From Oscillospiraceae bacterium (lineage in GTDB: Bacteria > Bacillota > Clostridia > Oscillospirales > Ruminococcaceae): 64,000 nt of DNA. Of this stretch, positions 57,592 through 64,000 are shown piece after piece; positions within the stretch are counted from its first letter, which is position 1; every line of letters starts with the position of its first letter. The stretch covers positions 22,455-86,454 of the forward strand of contig CAAGEZ010000017.1 of assembly GCA_900768995.1 (NCBI GenBank), given 5' to 3'. The notes beneath the pieces are model-generated. The model did not search any database. It was not told the DNA's origin and saw only the letters and a list, made by a program, of their open reading frames with translations. Position numbers and translations under genes: made by a program.

Positions 57592-58044
57592 TCACTTTCC
57601 TGCGGCGATATCGGAGATCACCTTATTGATAAGCTTACCGTCAGCCTTGCCCTTAAGCTCAGCCATAACAGCCTTCATATATGCACCCTTGTTGCCCGAA
57701 GCGATAAGCTCGCCGAACTTTTCCTTTATAAGAGGATAAAGCTCTTCTTCGGTCATCTGTGCGGGAGCAAAGCTCTTGATGATATCATATTTGAGCTTGT
57801 ATTCTTCAAGCTGGCTCTCACATTCCGCAGGGCAGGTATCCACCTGTTCCTTGGCAACTTTAAGTTCCTTGAGAATAACGCTGTCCACCAGCTCGGAAGA
57901 TATGTTATCTCTTGTTCCGCCGTCTATTGCCGCTTTCTTAACAGCCGCAATAAGGGTCTGAACAGCCTCCTTTTTCATAGTATCCTTTGCTTTCATTGCG
58001 TCCTTAAGGGCGGTCTGTAGCTCAGTAAATTCCATAAAAAACAC
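57592..58044 (-). CDS. GatB/YqeY-domain protein
   Basis: 150 aa with the YqeY helical domain (LKDAMKAKD...ILKELKV). Confidence 0.8.
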   Translation of the reverse strand: MFFMEFTELQTALKDAMKAKDTMKKEAVQTLIAAVKKAAIDGGTRDNISSELVDSVILKELKVAKEQVDTCPAECESQLEEYKLKYDIIKSFAPAQMTEEELYPLIKEKFGELIASGNKGAYMKAVMAELKGKADGKLINKVISDIAAGK

Positions 58045-58062
58045 CTCTTTATATTAAGGCAG

Positions 58063-59892
58063 TTATGCCTTGAATTTGAACTTGTTGATATGTCTGTTGA
58101 GGACATTGAACTGGTCGGAAAGCTCACGGGAAACTTCCGCATTCTTCTCTGCCGTAACGGAATTGTCCTTTATGCTGCCGTTGATAGCGTCCATACCGCT
58201 GCTTATCTTTGCGGCAGATTCTGCCTGATCTGCGGCGGAAACGGCAATTCTGTCCATAATATCGGAAACTGTTGAAACTGTCTCGACAACTTTATCAAGG
58301 GATTTTGCGGTGGCATCGGCAAGTGCTGTGCCGTTTCTGACGGAATCAATGGAATTTTCGATAAGCTTTCCTGTCTGAGCGGCAGCTTCAGCGGACTTGT
58401 TTGCAAGGTTTCTGACCTCATCGGCAACCACCGCAAAGCCCTTGCCTGCATCTCCTGCACGGGCAGCCTCAACTGCGGCATTGAGGGCAAGTATATTTGT
58501 CTGGAACGCAATGTCATCAATAACATTGATTATCTTTTCAATCTCAGCGGCAGAGGTCTCTATTTCCTTGATAGCTTCTATCATTCGGCGCATATTGCCG
58601 CTTCCCTGCTCGGCAGCTTCATCGGCTGTTGCGGTAAGCTTTCTTGCGTTTTCGGCTTCCTTTGCATTTTCGCTTATCTTTGCATTTATCTGTGTTACGG
58701 AAGCGGTAAGCTCCTGGATAGTTCCCGCCTCATCGGAAGCATTCTTGGAAAGGACGGCTGTTCCGTCTGAAACGTGAACGGAGCATTCCTTTACGGAAAG
58801 GGCAGCCTTATGGACCTCGCTGAATGTGCCGTTAAGGGAAAATCTTATCTTGTCGAGAGCGTCCTTGATAGTTTCAAAATCTCCCGAATATACCGTGTCG
58901 GAATTTACGAGAAGATCGCCGTCAGCAACAGCTGAAAGGACATTTCTTATATCGGTAATGTATGCATTCAGAGATGTAATAGTGTCGCTTAGCGATGTGA
59001 GCAGAACAAGGGTCTCGTCGTTTCTGTCGGTAACGGGTGATGGTGATTCAAGGTCACCCTTGGAAAGTGCTGCAAGACGGGATATAGCATCGGTAATTGG
59101 CTTTGTTATCTTCTGAGCCGCACTGAGGGAAACGATTATGGCAGCGGCAATAAACACCACGGCAAATGGCAGGATTATTGCAACAGATACCATAAACGGC
59201 TTCATTACGTTCTTATACGGAAGCAAAATGAAAGTATAGCAGGTATCGAAATTTTCAATATACGACCAGCCTGCGAAATATTTTTCACCGCCAAGCGAAA
59301 TTACCTTGACACCCTGTCTTACGATATTATCATAATCATAATTGTTGCGGTTAAGTGAGTCCACAAGCTCTGCGATATCGCTGTAGCTCTTGTCATTCTC
59401 AGCCTTTGCATTAAGGTCATCGCCCTTGGAGATAAGGCTGTTGGAGGTCTCTGAAATAACAGAGCCTGTTTCAGTTGTCACAAAGCCAAATCCACCGTAG
59501 CCATTCGACTCGTCAAAGCTTTTGAATATATAGTTCAGATAATTCTTGTTTTTGGTAATATCAGCGTTGGAAATTGCCGATGAATATGAAATTGTAAGGA
59601 GTTGGAGTTCACTCTTCGATGACGAAGCAACACTGCTGTACATCATAATAAGGTTGAAAACCGTAAGCAGAACGATAGCCGCAAGAACGCCAAGCACTGA
59701 CAGACGGACGATTCGTCCTCTGATAGTTGTCTTTCGTCCGAGAGCAACAGCTTTACCGTCAATAACTATCTTTGCTTTTTCTATATCTTCACGGACCTTC
59801 TGCTTCTTTTCCCTGATCTTTTTAACCTTTTCTTTTTTAGCTTTAGGGAGCTTAGCCTTAGGTTCTTTTTTCTTTCTCTCTGATGCTGCCAT
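58063..59892 (-). CDS. Methyl-accepting chemotaxis protein with a Lys-rich N-terminal cytoplasmic extension
   Basis: N-terminus [26 protein letters not shown], then a transmembrane segment, a periplasmic region, a second transmembrane segment, HAMP, and the MCP signalling domain ([32 protein letters not shown]). The start is uncertain; the track ORF reaches 59940. Confidence 0.8.
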   Translation of the reverse strand: MAASERKKKEPKAKLPKAKKEKVKKIREKKQKVREDIEKAKIVIDGKAVALGRKTTIRGRIVRLSVLGVLAAIVLLTVFNLIMMYSSVASSSKSELQLLTISYSSAISNADITKNKNYLNYIFKSFDESNGYGGFGFVTTETGSVISETSNSLISKGDDLNAKAENDKSYSDIAELVDSLNRNNYDYDNIVRQGVKVISLGGEKYFAGWSYIENFDTCYTFILLPYKNVMKPFMVSVAIILPFAVVFIAAAIIVSLSAAQKITKPITDAISRLAALSKGDLESPSPVTDRNDETLVLLTSLSDTITSLNAYITDIRNVLSAVADGDLLVNSDTVYSGDFETIKDALDKIRFSLNGTFSEVHKAALSVKECSVHVSDGTAVLSKNASDEAGTIQELTASVTQINAKISENAKEAENARKLTATADEAAEQGSGNMRRMIEAIKEIETSAAEIEKIINVIDDIAFQTNILALNAAVEAARAGDAGKGFAVVADEVRNLANKSAEAAAQTGKLIENSIDSVRNGTALADATAKSLDKVVETVSTVSDIMDRIAVSAADQAESAAKISSGMDAINGSIKDNSVTAEKNAEVSRELSDQFNVLNRHINKFKFKA

Positions 59893-60196
59893 ATGTAACC
59901 CAACTTTCAATAGTATATTGTATGATAAATAAGCTGTCATAAATCGACATTTATATATAATTTATTATAGCATACATAATATCTTCTTTTGTTAATTTTT
60001 TTAGTATTTTGTGTTTCCACACAATTATATTAATAAAGTATGCCTATTATTACAGATAATAAAAAGATAAGTTATAGTCAAAACGACCAAGTTGATAAAT
60101 GCATCGGATAAATTTTGCTCAAACTATAGAAATCCGCTGAAAAATGTTGTATAATAAAAATAATTATGCACCGAAAAAATAGAAAGGATCGATATT

Positions 60197-61333
60197 ATGC
60201 CAGCATATCTTGACAATGCCGCTACCACAAAGCCCTGCGATGAAGCTATAAGTGCCTGCCTTGCGGCTATGACCGAAAATTACGGCAATCCCTCATCTTT
60301 ACATAAAGTCGGACTGAGTGCTGAGCTTGCTGTCACCGACGCAAGAAAAGCCATTGCCGCAGCTCTTGTCTGCCAGCCCGAATGCATCACATTTACATCG
60401 GGAGCTACCGAAGCCAACAACACGCTTATTCTCGGAGCTGCCGAGAATTACGGAAAGCGAAAGAAAAAGGTCGTTGTTTCCGCTGTTGAGCACCCATCTG
60501 TCGGTGAAACGATGAAGCTCCTTGAAAAGAACGGTTTTGAGATAGTACGCATCAAGCCCCAGCGTGACGGCTCAATTGATGCGGAGGAGTTTATAAACGC
60601 TGTTGACAGCAGCACTTTCCTTGTCTCCTGTATGTACGTGAACAATGAAACAGGAGCTGTTATGCCCGTCAAGCGAATTTTTAATCAGATAAAGAAGCTT
60701 TATCCAGACTGCATCACCCATTGTGACGCTGTTCAGGCGTTTATGAAGCTACCCATAAAGACTGCTGACCTGGGTGCTGACCTTATCACGGTAAGCGGTC
60801 ACAAGGTACACGCTCCTAAGGGTGTCGGAGCTATGTATATCCGAAAGGGCATCAGGATCGCACCCAGAATGCTTGGCGGCGGTCAGGAAAAAGGGCTGCG
60901 CTCGGGAACAGAATCCGTTCCACTTATAAGCGCATTCGGAGCGGCTGTCCGTGCTCAGCTCCCCACTATCGCAACTGCATATTCCAATGCCGAAGAGCTT
61001 TGCGGACGGCTCAGGAAAAAGCTTTCAGCTCTTGATTACATCACAATAAATTCCAATGCGGAGAACCAGTGCCCATACATTCTCAACTTCTCCGTAAACG
61101 GCATTCGCTCGGAAATTATGCTTCATTTTCTTGAAAGCAAGAACATATTCGTGTCAAGCGGTTCTGCCTGCTCAAAGGGCGGTCACAGCAGCGTGCTCAC
61201 AGCTATGGGAGTTCCCGACAAGACAGCCGATTCGGCTATAAGAGTATCATTTTCAAGAATGTCCTCCTGCGGCGAGGTCGAAGCCCTTGCCACCGCTTTG
61301 CAGGAAGGATATCTTAGCCTTGCGAAAAGATAA
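60197..61333 (+). CDS. Cysteine desulfurase (NifS/IscS-like, class V aminotransferase)
   Basis: LDNAATT, the PLP-lysine motif SGHKVHAPKGVGAMYI, and the active-site Cys in SSGSACS. Confidence 0.9.
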   Translation: MPAYLDNAATTKPCDEAISACLAAMTENYGNPSSLHKVGLSAELAVTDARKAIAAALVCQPECITFTSGATEANNTLILGAAENYGKRKKKVVVSAVEHPSVGETMKLLEKNGFEIVRIKPQRDGSIDAEEFINAVDSSTFLVSCMYVNNETGAVMPVKRIFNQIKKLYPDCITHCDAVQAFMKLPIKTADLGADLITVSGHKVHAPKGVGAMYIRKGIRIAPRMLGGGQEKGLRSGTESVPLISAFGAAVRAQLPTIATAYSNAEELCGRLRKKLSALDYITINSNAENQCPYILNFSVNGIRSEIMLHFLESKNIFVSSGSACSKGGHSSVLTAMGVPDKTADSAIRVSFSRMSSCGEVEALATALQEGYLSLAKR

Positions 61334-61350
61334 ATAAAGGACTGATAATA

Positions 61351-62034
61351 ATGGCGACTTTTCTTGTTGATTTCGAAAATGTTAATTCCTCAGGACTTAC
61401 GGGTATAACGGATTTAGCAGAAAATGATTCGGTATTTATTTTTTATACTCCAAATGCTGCCACGCTTAGCTTTGATGCACACAAAATGCTTATAGAAACA
61501 AAAGCTACCATAAAATATATAAATGTAGCGGCAGGCACAAAGAACGCTCTTGACTTTCAATTGGGTTCATTTTTGGGATATCTTATTGCTTTACACGAAA
61601 GCAGAGAGTTTTTCATAGTAAGCGCTGATAACGGATTTCAGGCTGTAAAAAGCTTTTGGAAGAAATCTATGAAATTTTCAGACATTGAAATAAAGCTGAT
61701 ACCAAATATAAAAAATGCCGTTTCCGCAAAATCAGTCACCCCACCAAAAGAAAAAAAGCTTGTTGAAAGTCCTGATAAAACTGCTGACGAACCGGATATC
61801 TTATCTGAAACTGTAAGGATAAAGGAAATATTCAGCACTGAACGTATTTCAAATAAGAACATCAGATCAATAATTCAGCTTGTGCAATCATCATCAGATA
61901 AACAGCATTTTTATACAAGTATGACAAAAAAATTTGGAATGGAAGAAGGTTTAAAATATTACAAGGCACTTCGCCCTGAATACGTGAACATAAGAAAACT
62001 CTCCAAAGAAGCCATTGATTCCATAAGCAATTAA
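61351..62034 (+). CDS. NYN-domain (LabA-like predicted RNase) protein with a C-terminal OST-HTH/LOTUS-like region
   Basis: FLVDFENV, then KNALDFQLG, then FFIVSADNGFQAV, which matches the NYN fold pattern. The C-terminal 90 aa are helical. It sits between nifS-like and thiI. Confidence 0.6.
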   Translation: MATFLVDFENVNSSGLTGITDLAENDSVFIFYTPNAATLSFDAHKMLIETKATIKYINVAAGTKNALDFQLGSFLGYLIALHESREFFIVSADNGFQAVKSFWKKSMKFSDIEIKLIPNIKNAVSAKSVTPPKEKKLVESPDKTADEPDILSETVRIKEIFSTERISNKNIRSIIQLVQSSSDKQHFYTSMTKKFGMEEGLKYYKALRPEYVNIRKLSKEAIDSISN

Positions 62035-62053
62035 GTATGAAAGGATAAAATAA

Positions 62054-63241
62054 ATGAAAGAAATAATTCTGCTCAAAGAGGGCGAGATCGCTCTCAAGGG
62101 ACTTAACAAGAGAAATTTCGAGGAAGCATTCATCAAAAATCTCCGCCACCGCTTAAAGCCTCTGGGAAAATTCATCTACACCCGTTCGCAGTCTATGATA
62201 TACTGCGAGCCTGCCGATGATACCATTGATATGGACGAAGCCGTTTCAAGAGCTTCAAAGGTGTTCGGTGCCGCCGCAATATGCCGTGCGATGATAACCG
62301 AGAAGGATTTTGATGTAATTACCCGTGATGTTATGGAATACTGCGGTGACGAGCTTTCCTGCGCACGCACATTCAAGGTGCAGGCAAAGCGTTCCGACAA
62401 GCGTTTTCCTATGAGATCGCCTGAGATATGTGCAGAGCTTGGCGGACGTATCCTTGACAGATTTCCCCGCCTTGAAGTCGATGTAAAAAATCCCGATGTT
62501 ACGGTAAATGTCGAAATAAGAGACACAAATGCATATATCCACACAGGAAACAGACCCGCCGCAGGGGGAATACCTGTGGGCACATCGGGCAAGGCTATGC
62601 TTCTCCTTTCCGGCGGAATCGACAGCCCCGTGGCGGGATATATGATGGCAAAGCGTGGAATCGACATTTCCGCTATTCATTATGTCTCTCCACCATATAC
62701 CTCCGACAGAGCACGTCTCAAGGTCGAAAGACTTTGCGAAAAGATAACGCCTTGGTGCGGTGATACCACATTTTACTGTGTGCCCTTTACCGAAATTCAG
62801 GAAGCATTGAGAGACAACTGCCCCGAAGAGCTTTTCACTATTATTATGCGCCGTCTTATGATGGAAATTGCTCAGAGGATCTGCGAGAAAAATGACATCA
62901 CCGCCCTTATCACAGGTGAGAGCGTTGGACAGGTGGCAAGCCAGACTATGGGTGCTATCGTATGCACTGACAATGCCTGCCGTATGCCTGTTTTCCGCCC
63001 CGTTATCGGTATGGACAAGAGCGAAATAACCGCTATTGCACGAAAGATAGACACATTTGACATCTCTATCGAGCCATATGAGGACTGCTGCACAGTTTTC
63101 ACACCCAAGCACCCCAAGACCCGTCCTACCCTTGAAGAGGTCATTGCCGCTCAGAACTCATTTGACTTTGAACCCCTTATTCAGAAAGCGGTTGACGAAA
63201 CAGAGGTCAAGAGATTTACAATAGGTTCGGCTCAGTTTTAA
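62054..63241 (+). CDS. thiI: tRNA 4-thiouridine synthase ThiI (THUMP domain plus PP-loop ATPase)
   Basis: EIALKGLNKRNFE (N-terminal/THUMP) and the PP-loop SGGIDSPVA. 395 aa. Confidence 0.9.
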   Translation: MKEIILLKEGEIALKGLNKRNFEEAFIKNLRHRLKPLGKFIYTRSQSMIYCEPADDTIDMDEAVSRASKVFGAAAICRAMITEKDFDVITRDVMEYCGDELSCARTFKVQAKRSDKRFPMRSPEICAELGGRILDRFPRLEVDVKNPDVTVNVEIRDTNAYIHTGNRPAAGGIPVGTSGKAMLLLSGGIDSPVAGYMMAKRGIDISAIHYVSPPYTSDRARLKVERLCEKITPWCGDTTFYCVPFTEIQEALRDNCPEELFTIIMRRLMMEIAQRICEKNDITALITGESVGQVASQTMGAIVCTDNACRMPVFRPVIGMDKSEITAIARKIDTFDISIEPYEDCCTVFTPKHPKTRPTLEEVIAAQNSFDFEPLIQKAVDETEVKRFTIGSAQF

Positions 63242-63356
63242 ATTCTGCGGTCAATTTAATATTGACAGTTTTGTGTAAATAGAGTGAAATATCGCTCTGT
63301 ATTGTAAAAAAGTACAGGCTGTATTTGATATATGTCACAAAATTTGCGGGCTTTTA

Positions 63357-63385
63357 TTGACATCAGGGGCTAAAAAGTGTATTAT
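63357..63385 (+). promoter_or_regulatory. Sigma-A-type promoter TTGACA, 17 nt, TATTAT, upstream of the sortase gene.
   Basis: Hexamers read directly. Confidence 0.45.
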
Positions 63386-63478
63386 ATAATTATATAGGTG
63401 CCGATAAACGGGGTAAATCTTCACGGCATCTCAGCCTGATGCATAAATTTCCTTTGCATCAGCAGGGAGAAACTTAAA

Positions 63479-64000
63479 ATGTCTATGTCAAAAAGCGCCA
63501 AAAAGGCATATAAAAAAGCTCTTAAGGCAAAGAAAAAAGCAAGAAGAGGACACTGGCTCCTCATACAAAAGGGCGACAGCGTCAAGGAAGTGCTGTCAAA
63601 GCTGTTTACACAGTTTGCGGTGCTGGTGCTCATCGGCTGCGGATTGGTGCTTGCAAATGAATTTAGGCTGTCATTTTCCGCAAAACAGCTGAATGACTCG
63701 CTGAAAGACCTGTATCAGTCCGTTATAAGCCACACTGCCGACGGTCATATAATGGCAGGTGCGGAGGAAATGCTGAAAATAAATCCCGACACTGTGGGCT
63801 ATATCCGCATTGACGGCACAGAGGTGGACTTCCCTGTTGTTCAGACCAACAACAATGAGGACTATCTCAAGACCGCTTTTGACGGCAGCAGCAACAAAGC
63901 GGGAACGGTTTTCCTCGATTACCGAAATGTCCTTACCGCAAATAAACGCTCGGACAATCTTGTTCTTTACGGTCACAACCAGAAGGACAGAACGATGTTC
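63479..64000 (+). CDS. Sortase-family transpeptidase (class-B-like), truncated at the 3' end by the window.
   Basis: A Lys-rich N-terminus, a transmembrane anchor, then GYIRIDGTEVDFPVVQTNNNEDYLKTAFDGSSNKAGTVFLDYRN and the start of the catalytic His region LYGHN. Confidence 0.75.
   Translation, partial: MSMSKSAKKAYKKALKAKKKARRGHWLLIQKGDSVKEVLSKLFTQFAVLVLIGCGLVLANEFRLSFSAKQLNDSLKDLYQSVISHTADGHIMAGAEEMLKINPDTVGYIRIDGTEVDFPVVQTNNNEDYLKTAFDGSSNKAGTVFLDYRNVLTANKRSDNLVLYGHNQKDRTMF

Noticed and set aside
1-64000. Searched for tRNA or rRNA genes, CRISPR repeats, and transposase or integrase genes.
   Set aside because: I found no GGTTCGAATCC-type T-arm motifs, no regularly spaced identical repeats, and no recombinase-like ORFs. 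The region looks like core chromosome.

Overview
This window reads as chromosomal DNA from a spore-forming Clostridia-type Firmicute, moderate GC, probably Oscillospiraceae or Ruminococcaceae. Most of it is conserved core gene order. A few local oddities are reported below, but I found no CRISPR array, mobile element, rRNA or tRNA gene, and no complete undescribed multi-gene system.

Minus strand, 1-13.9 kb: recN (N-terminal part only), then argR-nadK-tlyA-dxs-ispA-xseB-xseA-nusB, followed by a complete spoIIIAA-AH sporulation operon.

Minus strand, 15.8-23 kb: gpsA-plsY-der, a PDZ/radical-SAM (DUF512) gene, rpmF, yceD and pgi.

Plus strand, 24.8-29.9 kb: a single 1700-codon open frame made of mtaB (tRNA methylthiotransferase) running directly into a full-length single-chain purL (FGAM synthase). 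A 13-bp tandem duplication has shifted the frame and removed the mtaB TAATAA stop.

The remainder holds cotJABC, a heterodimeric ABC exporter pair, a cytoplasmic GGDEF protein with a LacI-type sensor domain, a C39-like peptidase, a His-rich COG0523 metallochaperone GTPase, feoAB with a Fur-like operator and a FeoB-associated small ORF missed by the ORF track, ispE, an Lrp-regulated aminotransferase, a PduL-type phosphotransacylase, an ECF sigma/anti-sigma pair, a dCache-GGDEF-EAL protein preceded by a KapD-like exonuclease, mreB, spoIIAA-spoIIAB-sigF, a chemoreceptor, a nifS-like gene, an NYN-domain gene, thiI, and the start of a sortase gene.

The two most unusual items are the mtaB-purL fusion and a 551-aa ECF-type sigma factor carrying a roughly 380-aa C-terminal extension, which sits divergent to spoIIIA.

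All calls come from reading the sequence and recalling protein families. No database searches were run.
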